Shown here: in pieces, positions 49,034 to 58,750 of the stretch
Layout of the letters: each line of letters opens with the position of its first letter
Position numbering within the stretch: the stretch's first letter is position 1
IMG/VR virus record: IMGVR_UViG_3300010218_000006
Location: 1-64,000 of that record
Length of the DNA stretch: 64,000 nucleotides
Origin: a virus
Direction: 5' to 3' (one strand)
Notes under the pieces: model-generated
What the model was told of the DNA's origin: nothing
Databases searched by the model: none
Seen by the model: the letters and a program-made list of their open reading frames with translations, nothing else
Translations under genes and position numbers: made by a program

Positions 49034-50758
49034 ATGAGTCAATCAGGATATGAGAAAGGTGGGAGGATTTTGGCAGCGAAAAAATTTAGTGGAACAAAAG
49101 AGGAACTTGAGACTGTAGATGATGTAAGTAAATACCCCGTAATGGCAATCCCGGAGCGTGGTATCTCAAAAGCTGCTGCGGAGCACTTCGGAGTTAGAAC
49201 AGCACTTAGTCAGACGGACGGCAAGACACCTATTGCCCATTACTTTCCATACACATACGAGGGGGATATTGTTGGGTACAAAAAGCGCGATCTAACTGTT
49301 CCAAAAATGGCAGAGCGGCACTTCACAACCATTGGATTTCAGAGTGTGAAGTGTGATTTGTTTGGTATGTCTGTGGGAAATAAGACGGGGGGAAAGAAGG
49401 TTTGGGTAACTGAGGGGGAATATGACGCCATAGCAACATGGGATGTCATTAAAGCTAAATATCCAAGCTCCAATCCTACAGTGCTAAGTATCAGCAACGG
49501 AACTGCCAATGCCGTTCAAAACATTGGACAGAAGCACAATCAAACGTACCTTCGGAAATTCTCTGAATGCATCCTCGCATTCGATGCGGATAAGGCAACA
49601 CAAGAGGAACGTGAAAAGCAAAAGATAATGAAAGGGCGTGATGCTGTAGCTGCGGTGTACAGTCTCATGCCTGATATTCTTGTTGCCGACTTCCCTGACG
49701 ACTACGATCCATGTGACATGGTGCGTGAGGGTATGGCAGAGCAGCTCTACTGGTGCTGTATGAAGCCTAAGAGTTACACGCCGGATGGTTTTATCAAATA
49801 CGAAACTATTCAAGATAAGGCGTCAGAACTGCCCCAACTAGGCAAGCCTTGGCCGTGGCCCTCAATGACTAAGTTAAGTCTTGGCAGGCGCTTAGGTGAG
49901 GGGCATTACATTGGCGCTGGCGTAAAAATTGGTAAGAGTGAGTTTGTCAATCAACTATCTGAACACATCATCAAAACTGAGGGAGGACGAATTGCCTTAT
50001 TCAAGTTTGAAGAGGAGCCTGAAGTAACTTGCAAGAAAGTTGCCGGAAAGATGTTCGGCAAGGACTTCACTAATCCTGAGAAAGTAATTTTTGTAGATGA
50101 AGACGGAGTTTTTAAGGATATCTACGGGAAAGAGATTTTCAACATTGAACACGGGTTTTTCGATCAAGATACTCTGAAGAAGGCTGTAGATGCTGTAGGG
50201 GATAATGTAATCTACTATAACAATTACGGCGCTTGCTCGTGGGACGTTGTTAAAGGGGCTATCCGACATGCTGTGCTAGTAGAAGGAGTCACTGATATTG
50301 TACTTGACCCTATTAGCCGGATGGTGCAAGGACTTACGGCTTCAGAGGCGAATACAGCACTAGAGAAGTTTGCAGACGAACTGAGCAAGATGGCTAAAGA
50401 CCTTGGGTTCATTTACTATTGCTTTTGCCACTTGAAGTCTCCAGACTCAGGCCCACCACATGAACGGGGAGGCAAAGTGTTGAGCCATCAATTCACAGGT
50501 AGTCGTGCAATGATGCGTAGTACCTATTACATGTGGGGAATTGAGCGCAACAAAGACCCTGACTTGTCACAGAAGGAAAGAAATACGTCTACAATTGTGC
50601 TGCTAGAAGATCGTAAATACGGGCGTAGCGGATACTTCAAGGTGTACTACGATCAAGACACAGGAGAGTACATGGAACCGCCAGAAGGCTTTTTGGAGAG
50701 TGAGGTCGAAAGATTGAGTGATTATGTTCCACCAAAACCGGGAAGTAGTCCGTTCTAA
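49034..50758 (+). CDS. bifunctional primase-helicase (T7 gp4-like)
   Basis: Toprim VWVTEGEYDA and AFDADKA, then helicase Walker A GAGVKIGKSEF and DnaB-like motifs. Confidence 0.8.
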   Translation: MSQSGYEKGGRILAAKKFSGTKEELETVDDVSKYPVMAIPERGISKAAAEHFGVRTALSQTDGKTPIAHYFPYTYEGDIVGYKKRDLTVPKMAERHFTTIGFQSVKCDLFGMSVGNKTGGKKVWVTEGEYDAIATWDVIKAKYPSSNPTVLSISNGTANAVQNIGQKHNQTYLRKFSECILAFDADKATQEEREKQKIMKGRDAVAAVYSLMPDILVADFPDDYDPCDMVREGMAEQLYWCCMKPKSYTPDGFIKYETIQDKASELPQLGKPWPWPSMTKLSLGRRLGEGHYIGAGVKIGKSEFVNQLSEHIIKTEGGRIALFKFEEEPEVTCKKVAGKMFGKDFTNPEKVIFVDEDGVFKDIYGKEIFNIEHGFFDQDTLKKAVDAVGDNVIYYNNYGACSWDVVKGAIRHAVLVEGVTDIVLDPISRMVQGLTASEANTALEKFADELSKMAKDLGFIYYCFCHLKSPDSGPPHERGGKVLSHQFTGSRAMMRSTYYMWGIERNKDPDLSQKERNTSTIVLLEDRKYGRSGYFKVYYDQDTGEYMEPPEGFLESEVERLSDYVPPKPGSSPF

Positions 50759-50765
50759 ATAGCCC

Positions 50766-50794
50766 TTGACAACCAACAACGCGTAGCGTACACT
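50766..50794 (+). promoter_or_regulatory. promoter TTGACA-N17-TACACT
   Basis: TTGACAACCAACAACGCGTAGCGTACACT. Confidence 0.6.
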
Positions 50795-50826
50795 CTGTTC
50801 ATTCCAAATTAATTAAGGAGAACAAA

Positions 50827-50991
50827 ATGACTCAACAATCAATCATCCAAGCAATCATTGCCATCTGGTTCGTATTTTTCTTTGCAACTATGGATGCCAG
50901 CAAGGGCAGCTTTCTGCATAAAGTGCTGTACAAAATGCTTCCAGCTATGTTTGCATTCTTGCTTGGCCTGATCGTTTTTAAAGTGATTTGA
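50827..50991 (+). CDS. 54-aa membrane protein (below ORF-track cutoff)
   Basis: AAGGAGAACAAAATG RBS. The product reads MTQQSIIQAIIAIWFVFFFA...AMFAFLLGLIVF. Confidence 0.5.
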   Translation: MTQQSIIQAIIAIWFVFFFATMDASKGSFLHKVLYKMLPAMFAFLLGLIVFKVI

Positions 50992-50997
50992 GGCTGC

Positions 50998-51192
50998 ATG
51001 ATTACAGAAGATCAACTTATCATCGGCAAACAATACGTTGTACGAAATCAAGGGACGTGCATTACACCTGATACGGTTAATGTAACGGTGCGCTGGATTG
51101 GTGCCGGAACTGTCCACTACACAATGGAAGATAGCCAGAAGATACGGGAAACTTCTGTTGACAGGTTTCTATCTATCTTGAATGAGGAGTGA
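50998..51192 (+). CDS. hypothetical protein
   Basis: 64-aa ORF. Confidence 0.45.
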   Translation: MITEDQLIIGKQYVVRNQGTCITPDTVNVTVRWIGAGTVHYTMEDSQKIRETSVDRFLSILNEE

Positions 51193-51301
51193 TTGCCGTG
51201 CAACGAATCGTATGTGCAGCCATCACACACATACACAGAATAATATCGTGAATGTGTGAAGATGTGCATGCAATTGTGATACTATGCTGTGCAACTATCA
51301 T

Positions 51302-51326
51302 TAAGGGAGAAAACAAATGCAAAAAG
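51302..51326 (+). repeat. 25-nt direct repeat copy 1 (RBS + start region)
   Basis: TAAGGGAGAAAACAAATGCAAAAAG, identical to 51626-51650. Confidence 0.95.
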
Positions 51327-51628
51327 TTATTCGAGATGGCAAAGTCGCTGTACTATATTCTCCGGGGTATGGTGCTGGTTGGAGTTCATGGGGCGCTCCT
51401 TTAGAGGCTATTTTCCATCCAAAGCTCGTAGAGCTTGTGGAGTCTGGAAATCAAAAACTTATCACACGTGAGTTGTGCCAAGAACTCTTTAAGGATGAGT
51501 GGTATCTTGGTGGCGCTGAAGACTTGAGTATTGAGTGGCTTTCAGAAGGCACTGCGTTCGAGATTGATGAGTACGATGGTTCGGAAAGCGTCAGGGTTAT
51601 GATGGATGCTGAATTTATTATCGCATAA
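51317..51628 (+). CDS. hypothetical protein
   Basis: 103-aa ORF bracketed by the 25-nt repeats. Confidence 0.55.
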   Translation: MQKVIRDGKVAVLYSPGYGAGWSSWGAPLEAIFHPKLVELVESGNQKLITRELCQELFKDEWYLGGAEDLSIEWLSEGTAFEIDEYDGSESVRVMMDAEFIIA

Positions 51629-51650
51629 GGGAGAAAACAAATGCAAAAAG
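51626..51650 (+). repeat. 25-nt direct repeat copy 2
   Basis: TAAGGGAGAAAACAAATGCAAAAAG. Confidence 0.95.
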
Positions 51651-51859
51651 ATCAATTCGCCATTATCTATAACCCAAATCGTTACTTAACGAAGCACGAG
51701 GTTTGGTGCAAGGGTGTTGTTACAAGCCACGACAATTTTGGCAATATGCACACTTGCACACGTTCCCGTTGCATCAACGCATACAAATCTGAAGAGAAAG
51801 CATCTCTCGCAAAGAAGTATTACGAGAGCATTCAGGAATTTAAGGGAGAAGCGGCATGA
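51641..51859 (+). CDS. hypothetical protein
   Basis: 72-aa ORF. Confidence 0.5.
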   Translation: MQKDQFAIIYNPNRYLTKHEVWCKGVVTSHDNFGNMHTCTRSRCINAYKSEEKASLAKKYYESIQEFKGEAA

Positions 51860-52110
51860 AGAGAATCATCAAAACAAGTGGAGTAGAGATGCACATCCCC
51901 GTAAAGCTGGATTTTGAGATTTTGGCAGGGAGCTTGACGGAAAGTGAGGCTTTTGAACTTATAAAAATTCTTGAGAAAAAGCAGGAAAATTGGGGCCTCT
52001 GCTATGACGTAACTAAGCACTTTGTATCAGAAATGCAAAAGCTTGCACAAGAAGATATTGAGCAGTCTTACACAGGGTGGATCAAAGATGTAGTTGTTCC
52101 AGAGGATTAA
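51856..52110 (+). CDS. hypothetical protein
   Basis: 84-aa ORF with an ATGA overlap. Confidence 0.5.
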   Translation: MKRIIKTSGVEMHIPVKLDFEILAGSLTESEAFELIKILEKKQENWGLCYDVTKHFVSEMQKLAQEDIEQSYTGWIKDVVVPED

Positions 52111-52112
52111 CT

Positions 52113-52277
52113 ATGAATAAACAAGAATGGATTGCAGAATTTGCCAAAGAGTTCCAAGCACAGACGCAGATGAGATATGGAGCTTGCTTTGATGTGGCTG
52201 ACTCTGTGTATGAATACTATTTCGACGTGTCCCCTGATGAGGCTGTGCAGGAAGAACTGAGTCATTGGGGCGATTGA
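52113..52277 (+). CDS. hypothetical 54-aa protein
   Basis: Start at Met13. Confidence 0.4.
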   Translation: MNKQEWIAEFAKEFQAQTQMRYGACFDVADSVYEYYFDVSPDEAVQEELSHWGD

Positions 52278-52280
52278 CAT

Positions 52281-52886
52281 ATGAACATTCTTTCTGCTGA
52301 AGATTTTGAGCGACTGAAAGCTACAGGCTTGCTCTACGTTGTATTAGACGAATGCGACGGGTCTTTCGAGAGCTATTTGAAAATTTATGGAGAGGAGCCT
52401 ACAGTGGCTGAGAAGAAATATGATTTAGGGAATATCAAGATTCGTGTTAAGGATGCTGAGCATTGTCGAAAAATTCAAGAGCACTTGTTCAAGTTGGGAT
52501 GTAGATGGGAATCTGCTACTGGTATGGCGGGAGTAGTTAAACATTTGGAGGATGCTAGTTACCTGTACGTCTACGCAGATGGATTAATTCTGTACTCAGA
52601 TAGCTACACCGACGAAGATTATTTTAAAAAGCATCAAAACACTGAGCATACTTTCTCCGACGAAGAAATCGGATACAAGCCTCTTCTGCCAGAAGTAGAC
52701 ATGTCAAAGTGTCCCCCAATGCCGTCTGTGAAGCCTCCTCTCGGCCTTCGTCCAAAGTATATCGTTGACAAGGAGCGTATGCAGGAGATTCTTGAGGCTA
52801 TGGAGAGGTATGTTGCAGAAGAGAAGAAGATTCCTACGGATTGGTTTAATGAGTTGGAAGATTTGAATGAGAGTTCTCATTGTTGA
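52281..52886 (+). CDS. hypothetical protein
   Basis: 201-aa ORF. Confidence 0.55.
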   Translation: MNILSAEDFERLKATGLLYVVLDECDGSFESYLKIYGEEPTVAEKKYDLGNIKIRVKDAEHCRKIQEHLFKLGCRWESATGMAGVVKHLEDASYLYVYADGLILYSDSYTDEDYFKKHQNTEHTFSDEEIGYKPLLPEVDMSKCPPMPSVKPPLGLRPKYIVDKERMQEILEAMERYVAEEKKIPTDWFNELEDLNESSHC

Positions 52887-52889
52887 GAA
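52874..52889. repeat. TTCTCA-N4-TGAGAA motif copy
   Basis: TTCTCATTGTTGAGAA, overlapping the stop codon at 52884-52886. Confidence 0.9.
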
Positions 52890-52912
52890 ATAATAGGGAG
52901 GGATGGCAGTTA

Positions 52913-53230
52913 ATGAGCAAAGTTTATTATTTTGTATTCACTCAAGGCCAGTACGAAGAATATGACATACAAGAGATTTGTGTATGCGATCATGAAGTGA
53001 CTCCAAGGGAATATGCAGTCTATATGGAAAAATATGAGAGCACGTTGGAAGAGGTGTTTGGAAGAATTCCGAAAATTGATCTGGGAACTTGTTACAAGCC
53101 TTCGGATTACAACTCAAAAGAGCATGCGGAATATTGTAAATGGATTGAAGATAATGACCCTGTAAAGGCATTTAAAGAACTGCATGGGATGAAACCTTTG
53201 GAGTGTGTAGAATTGTATTGGAGGGGCTGA
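52913..53230 (+). CDS. hypothetical protein
   Basis: Start at Met12 with a GGGAGGGATGG RBS region. Confidence 0.5.
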   Translation: MSKVYYFVFTQGQYEEYDIQEICVCDHEVTPREYAVYMEKYESTLEEVFGRIPKIDLGTCYKPSDYNSKEHAEYCKWIEDNDPVKAFKELHGMKPLECVELYWRG

Positions 53231-53276
53231 TTTTTGGAACGTGAAGAAGCTGTGAAGGCTGCTTAAGGGAGGGTTG

Positions 53277-55400
53277 ATGAGTTCGGTTCAGGGATGGTGT
53301 TTCGACTGGGAGGGGGATGACCTCTACTTGCTCGCAACAAAAGCATGGTATGGGAGATTCACATCCTTAGATAAAACTAGGACGATGTGTATCTACCCAT
53401 TCCGTGAAGGTATTGAAGAAACGTACAATAAAATTTACGAATGGGTTCACAGCTTCCCTGACGGGGCATTGGTGGTTGGGCATAATATTCTCGGGTACGA
53501 TCTATTCTTGCAATGGAAGCTGTTTGGAGTAAAGCCACGATTTGGAAAGAAAGGTAGTGACTGGCTTCTTGACAAGCCTGTGCAATTTGTGGACACACTT
53601 TATTTGTCAATGTTCATATCGCCCGATCTTCCTTTTCATTCACTAGAATACCTGTCAAAAGGTACGACAGACGAAAAGATAAACTATCGACAGAAACTGA
53701 TTGATGAAGGTGCGCTGCCGGCGGATGCCCCGAAAGGTGCTGAATTTAAATTCTATCATCCGTTCATGGACACCTATTGCGACGCTGACGTTCTTGCAAA
53801 TATTGGTATCTTCTGGACTTGGTGGAATCGTGCTAAAGAGTTGTACGGCGATGACTGGCTTCACAGCTCTTATAAATGTGGGCAAAAAAGTTTCGCACTC
53901 ATGAAGGCGCAGGAATTTACCGGCGTCGTATTTGACCGCGAGCTTGGTAAAGAACTTGTAGTGAGACTCAAAAACGACCTTGAAGAAATCTCAGCAAATG
54001 TTCTTCCGCAACTTCCTCCGCGCCCATTGAAGAAAGGTGAAGAGTCCGATTATTCAATGCCAGCGAAGCCCTATAAAAAGGATGGCAGCTACAGTAGCCA
54101 CATGCTCAACTTCATTTCAAAGCATAGCGGTATCGACAAGGGGGACGGTGTTGTAGAGTTTTATGGTGAGGATTATAAAGTCGAGCCAAAGAAGTTGCTC
54201 AATGTAAAACTTCCTATGGAGATGAAAGACCAATCTGCCTTCAAAGACTGGCTTCTTGAACAGGGTTGGAGGCCATCATTCTGGAATATCAAACGTGGAA
54301 CGGATGGAAAGCCTCTCCGTGATCCGAAGACAAAGAAAGTAATTGAGACTTCACCTAAATTGCAAGAAGCTGGCAGGTTGTGCCCATCTCTTGAAGAACT
54401 GGATGGCCCATTGGTGAAGGAAGTTGTACGTTACCTTAGCTTGAAAAATCGTCTTGGTGTATTAGAGGGGTGGCTGAACAACTGGAGGCTTGACTGGGAT
54501 GGGTGTATCGCTCAACAAACCACAGGGATTACACCCACACATAGGCAATGCCACGCAGTTTTGGTGAATGTCCCGAAGGCGCAAGACGGTGTGCATTACG
54601 GTAAAGAGTTTAGAAGCTTGTTTGGGGTTGACAAAGGAGAGGTACAAGTAGGTATTGACTGTGCTGCTGGAGAAGCTAGGTGCGAAGGCCATTACACGTT
54701 CAAATATGATGGTGGGGCATATGCCGCAGAGCTTCTGAAAGGTGACATTCATTCCAAGAATGCTAAAACATTCTACCCTGTTGAAACAAAGGATATTGAC
54801 ATCTTCGCTTCTGACTTTGATAAGGATAGTAAGGTTTTTAAGCCGTTCCGTTCTAAGAGCAAGAACGGGAAATATGCCCTGACATTTGGATGCAGTTATC
54901 CGAAGCTTGCAAAGACTCTTGGAAAACCTGAACATGAGGGCAAGCCGTTGTATGAGCAGTTCTGGCTGGATAACGAAGCTCTTGGTAAGTTAAAGGAGGC
55001 TGTTGAGAAATACTATGAGACAACAGGGATGAAAAAGCAGGTTCCAGCGATTGATGGGCGATTCTTGATGGTGAGGTCAAAGCACTCGTTGATTAATCTG
55101 CTGTTCCAAAGCTGCCTTGGTATCCTGATGGAATACGTTTGCTGTTTGTTCGATCAAGCAATGGGAGAGATGGAGATTGATGAACGTGGACGACCATACT
55201 ACCTTTACAAAGGGGGGTATATTGTGAAACGTAGAACATTTAGTCACGACGAACTTCAGGTTAGCTGTCCTCCTGAGATTGCTGATGAGATTGGACAACT
55301 CGTAGCAAATGCTATTACGAAGGCTGGAAAACTGTTGAAGATTGCTGTGACAATGGAAGGGGAGTACAAAATTGGAAGAAACTGGTGTGAAACACATTAA
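53277..55400 (+). CDS. family A DNA polymerase with 3'-5' exonuclease domain
   Basis: Exo I FDWEGD, motif A DCAAGEAR, motif B KNGKYALTFG, motif C SHDEL, and the C-terminal GRNWCETH typical of Pol I-type enzymes. Confidence 0.85.
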   Translation: MSSVQGWCFDWEGDDLYLLATKAWYGRFTSLDKTRTMCIYPFREGIEETYNKIYEWVHSFPDGALVVGHNILGYDLFLQWKLFGVKPRFGKKGSDWLLDKPVQFVDTLYLSMFISPDLPFHSLEYLSKGTTDEKINYRQKLIDEGALPADAPKGAEFKFYHPFMDTYCDADVLANIGIFWTWWNRAKELYGDDWLHSSYKCGQKSFALMKAQEFTGVVFDRELGKELVVRLKNDLEEISANVLPQLPPRPLKKGEESDYSMPAKPYKKDGSYSSHMLNFISKHSGIDKGDGVVEFYGEDYKVEPKKLLNVKLPMEMKDQSAFKDWLLEQGWRPSFWNIKRGTDGKPLRDPKTKKVIETSPKLQEAGRLCPSLEELDGPLVKEVVRYLSLKNRLGVLEGWLNNWRLDWDGCIAQQTTGITPTHRQCHAVLVNVPKAQDGVHYGKEFRSLFGVDKGEVQVGIDCAAGEARCEGHYTFKYDGGAYAAELLKGDIHSKNAKTFYPVETKDIDIFASDFDKDSKVFKPFRSKSKNGKYALTFGCSYPKLAKTLGKPEHEGKPLYEQFWLDNEALGKLKEAVEKYYETTGMKKQVPAIDGRFLMVRSKHSLINLLFQSCLGILMEYVCCLFDQAMGEMEIDERGRPYYLYKGGYIVKRRTFSHDELQVSCPPEIADEIGQLVANAITKAGKLLKIAVTMEGEYKIGRNWCETH

Positions 55401-55962
55401 CTGGCACGACTGGTTCTATTACGACGAGACAAGCAAGAGTTGCCTGAGGTGGAAGGTTGATAGAGCGAGCGGAAGAAACTTGCAGACATTTAAAATAAGG
55501 GCCGGGGACGAGGCTGGCACACTTGATACAAACAAACACTGGCAAGTCAAGCTGCACAAGAAACTTTACCACATTCACGTTATTATATGGGAGATGCACT
55601 ACGGAAAACTAGAGGAGGATTTAGTTATAGACCATTTCGACCGAGACTCGACTAACAACAAAGTGGCTAATTACAGGGCTGTACCTCAGATTGTTAATAC
55701 AAGAAATAGGAAAGCAAACAGAAACAACACATCAGGAGTGCACGGTGTAAACTTTTACACAAATAATCAAGGCTATTCTTATTGGACAGCACAGTGGAGA
55801 ACTCTAAATAATAAGAACGCGGCAAAGTCGTTTTCCGTAATGAAACACGGCTACGAACAAGCCTTCATCCTAGCCTGCGCCTACCGCGAAAAGATGATCG
55901 CAGAACTAAATGCTCAAGGTGCAGGCTACACAGAAGACCACGGAAAGCGTCTTGCAGCATGA
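55372..55962 (+). CDS. HNH + AP2-domain homing endonuclease-like protein (start uncertain)
   Basis: VIDHFDRDSTNNKVANYR (HNH_3-like) plus an AP2-like SGVHGVNFY...YWTAQW. It overlaps the last 29 nt of the polymerase gene. Confidence 0.65.
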   Translation: MEETGVKHINWHDWFYYDETSKSCLRWKVDRASGRNLQTFKIRAGDEAGTLDTNKHWQVKLHKKLYHIHVIIWEMHYGKLEEDLVIDHFDRDSTNNKVANYRAVPQIVNTRNRKANRNNTSGVHGVNFYTNNQGYSYWTAQWRTLNNKNAAKSFSVMKHGYEQAFILACAYREKMIAELNAQGAGYTEDHGKRLAA

Positions 55963-56369
55963 CCCGCCTAGACGCTCCCAACAGAAAATACTACACACCC
56001 CCTTCCAAAACCCACTACACGCGCATCAGAGACGCTTGTATAGAATCCTTGGCAGGATATGTAGGAACGCACAAAGACCGCCTACGCATCGAATTAAAGC
56101 TTCCTGCGTATGTGCGTCTTCCAAAGAGCTTTCCTAAGCCTACACATGCAAAGAATCTGGAAGGAGGCTTTTCATACAATGTGCAGGAAGTGTTGGATTG
56201 GCTATGTGGGAAAGGCTTCTCTGATGTGTCCTCAAAGGATATTGCAACAGCTAGGTATTCTTTTGCACAGATTACACGCAGACTAGAAGAAACATTCCTT
56301 GACATTGCGCAAGATGTGGAGGATAATTCTGATATTGATGATTTTGAGGAGGAAGGGAGAAATGGATAA
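55959..56369 (+). CDS. hypothetical protein
   Basis: 136-aa ORF with an ATGA overlap. Confidence 0.5.
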   Translation: MTRLDAPNRKYYTPPSKTHYTRIRDACIESLAGYVGTHKDRLRIELKLPAYVRLPKSFPKPTHAKNLEGGFSYNVQEVLDWLCGKGFSDVSSKDIATARYSFAQITRRLEETFLDIAQDVEDNSDIDDFEEEGRNG

Positions 56370-56553
56370 CATTTCGACATATCAAGCACACGGCTTCCGT
56401 AGCCGAGAAGACTATTTAGAAAGCTTGTCAGAACTCTATCACGCCCCTCAAGGCACTGTGGAGCTTCTTGCAAAGCTTTATGGCCCTGAAGAAGATTTCA
56501 AGGGATTGGTGCTGGCATTGGAAGAATACGATGAAATATTGGGGAGGATTTGA
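56362..56553 (+). CDS. hypothetical protein
   Basis: Start at Met22 with a GGAAGGGAG RBS. Confidence 0.45.
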   Translation: MDNISTYQAHGFRSREDYLESLSELYHAPQGTVELLAKLYGPEEDFKGLVLALEEYDEILGRI

Positions 56554-56555
56554 GA

Positions 56556-57128
56556 ATGAGTGAATGGATTAAGTGGGAGGGTGGAGAGTGTCCTGTAGTA
56601 GACGGGACAATTGTAGAAATAAAGATTGATGGAAGAGTAGAGGAAGAGCAATGCGCAGCCGAAGAATGGCGCTGGTGCCACAATGGATCGTCAGATATTA
56701 CGGAGTTTCGTGTTGTTGTTGAAGAAGCTAAAGATATAGTGCCCGATAAAAAAGGCCCACTGAAAGACTCGGGAGAACGCAGAGAAACTGGAACTGGCGC
56801 TGTACGAGATAGAGCGCAAGGAAAGGGAAGATTTGATCTTATACCAATGCAGGGTATGTTGCTGTGTGCTATGCAGATGGAGGCAGGTGCTGCTAAGTAT
56901 TCAGAAAGGAATTGGGAAAAGGGCATGCCTCTGTCGTGGTTTGCTGACAGTGCTCAACGGCATCTAGGAAAGTTTATTGCGGGGTATGACGACGAGCCAC
57001 ATCTTAGCGCCGCCATTTGGAATCTCATGTGTCTGGCAGAAGGTCAAGAGCGAATCAAACAGAATATGTGGCCGCAGGAGTTTGATGACCTACCCCACAC
57101 CTATGCCGGAAAACAACCAAGTTTTTAA
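56556..57128 (+). CDS. dATP/dGTP pyrophosphohydrolase-domain (DUF5664-like) protein
   Basis: KDSGERRETGTGAVRD...GRFDLIP...AAKYSERNWEKG...DEPHLSAAIWNLM pattern, recalled from memory. Confidence 0.45.
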   Translation: MSEWIKWEGGECPVVDGTIVEIKIDGRVEEEQCAAEEWRWCHNGSSDITEFRVVVEEAKDIVPDKKGPLKDSGERRETGTGAVRDRAQGKGRFDLIPMQGMLLCAMQMEAGAAKYSERNWEKGMPLSWFADSAQRHLGKFIAGYDDEPHLSAAIWNLMCLAEGQERIKQNMWPQEFDDLPHTYAGKQPSF

Positions 57129-57136
57129 GGGTAGCT

Positions 57137-57346
57137 ATGGCTCAATCTAAACAGCGAAGCTTTGTTGAAGCTTGGATTAACATTGCAATTGGTTTCGGGA
57201 TTAATTTCGTAGCTAACATGGTTGTGTTTCCTTCGATGGGGTATAAGCTTACTGTGCATGACGGATTGGTTGTAGGAGTTATATTCACACTCATCAGCCT
57301 TGTGCGGCAGTACATCATTCGTCGCTGGATGAATAAAAAGGACTAA
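57137..57346 (+). CDS. membrane protein
   Basis: 69 aa with two hydrophobic helices. Confidence 0.5.
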   Translation: MAQSKQRSFVEAWINIAIGFGINFVANMVVFPSMGYKLTVHDGLVVGVIFTLISLVRQYIIRRWMNKKD

Positions 57347-57347
57347 A

Positions 57348-57488
57348 ATGTTTTCACTGATTAATTTGTTTTTCGCATTTCTGATGTTCTACATACTATT
57401 GGAAAGTGAGATGGATAAGGCAGGAACCGTAATTAACGTCGTTGGAATTACTTTGAATATTCTTGTCGTGATTGCACACTTAAAATGA
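57348..57488 (+). CDS. 46-aa membrane peptide (below ORF-track cutoff)
   Basis: MFSLINLFFAFLMFYILL...VVGITLNILVVIAHL. Confidence 0.35.
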   Translation: MFSLINLFFAFLMFYILLESEMDKAGTVINVVGITLNILVVIAHLK

Positions 57489-57566
57489 GCTTCCTAGCAC
57501 AATGGCTACTCTACCAAGAGCTTGTAAAGAAATATTGGGATCGTGTGATGAAGGATTGGATTAAGG

Positions 57567-57818
57567 ATGAATAGCATCTACCACACAGACTTTCCTCTCA
57601 CAATCCGTAATGAAGAAACAGGAGAAGATACTGAAGTAGAGTGCTCATTCCATTTCTTTGAAGCATGGCAAGGAAGTTATTTCGATCCTCCTGAACCATC
57701 TTCTATAGAGATTGTTGATATTACATACAAAGGAAAGAGCATTATTAACAGCCTCTCCTCATGGGAGTATGAAGCAATTCAAGATGAACTGTTGAGTTGT
57801 ATGTTGAAAATTTATTAA
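57567..57818 (+). CDS. hypothetical protein
   Basis: 83-aa ORF. Confidence 0.5.
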   Translation: MNSIYHTDFPLTIRNEETGEDTEVECSFHFFEAWQGSYFDPPEPSSIEIVDITYKGKSIINSLSSWEYEAIQDELLSCMLKIY

Positions 57819-57828
57819 AGGAGACTCC

Positions 57829-58464
57829 GTGAAGGTAAAACATTTCACAGAAAATAATAAGGGAGTGGATTACGTTGTAGGGGATATTCATGGCTGCTTT
57901 AGAAAGCTGCAAGTGGTGCTTGACGAAATTGGATTCGACTATGACAACGATAGGCTGTTCTCTGTAGGTGATTTGGTTGATCGTGGCCCTGATTCTGAGT
58001 TAGCTGATGAATGGCTTGCAAAGCCTTGGTTCCATGCTGTAAGGGGAAATCACGAGCTGATGGCTATTGATTATCTCGAAGGTGTTGTAGAGAGATACAT
58101 TTACTCATACAATGGAGGAGACTGGTTTCTAGAGCTAACAAAAGACGAACAGCTTCAGTTTGTTGCTAAGTTCTCAAAGCTTCCTGTGGCAATTGATATC
58201 CGAGTAGGCGGCAAACTCTACGGAATTATCCATGCAGAGTGCCCTGTGGCGAATTGGAGTGACTTAGAGGAAGCTTTGAATGGACCTAACGGAGAGGGGT
58301 ATGAGAACGCAGCGTTGTGGAATCGTGATCGTTACAATTACAAAGATACAAGTGTTGTGCAGGCAGTAGATAAGATTTTTGTTGGACATACCCCGCTGAA
58401 ACAAGTGTTGGAACTCGGCAACACAATTTACATCGACACCGGCGCGCTTTCCAAGGCCAAATGA
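57829..58464 (+). CDS. Ser/Thr protein phosphatase-type metallophosphoesterase (lambda PP-like)
   Basis: GDIHGC, GDLVDRGP and GNHE motifs. GTG start after AAGGAG. Confidence 0.8.
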   Translation: MKVKHFTENNKGVDYVVGDIHGCFRKLQVVLDEIGFDYDNDRLFSVGDLVDRGPDSELADEWLAKPWFHAVRGNHELMAIDYLEGVVERYIYSYNGGDWFLELTKDEQLQFVAKFSKLPVAIDIRVGGKLYGIIHAECPVANWSDLEEALNGPNGEGYENAALWNRDRYNYKDTSVVQAVDKIFVGHTPLKQVLELGNTIYIDTGALSKAK

Positions 58465-58494
58465 CAGTAATGAGAATTTATTAAAGGAGGTGAT

Positions 58495-58749
58495 GTGGAG
58501 GATATCTTTGCTCAAATGGAATTTGGTAAGCTGGCTTTAATTAAAATTAAACCTACTGACCCTAACTTTAGACTATACAAGGCAGGTTGGCTTGGAAAGA
58601 ACAACGAAAGAGACGTAATGGAAGTCACAGGAGCAGTTTTTAGGACTGCCCTCAAGGGGAGACGCAAAGGAGAGCTTTGCATAATTGTTCCCGGAACTGA
58701 GCGCACAGCATATATTACAGCAGCAGAGATTGACCAATTTAAGGAATAA
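58495..58749 (+). CDS. hypothetical protein
   Basis: GTG start after AAGGAGG. 84 aa. Confidence 0.5.
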   Translation: MEDIFAQMEFGKLALIKIKPTDPNFRLYKAGWLGKNNERDVMEVTGAVFRTALKGRRKGELCIIVPGTERTAYITAAEIDQFKE

Positions 58750-58750
58750 T

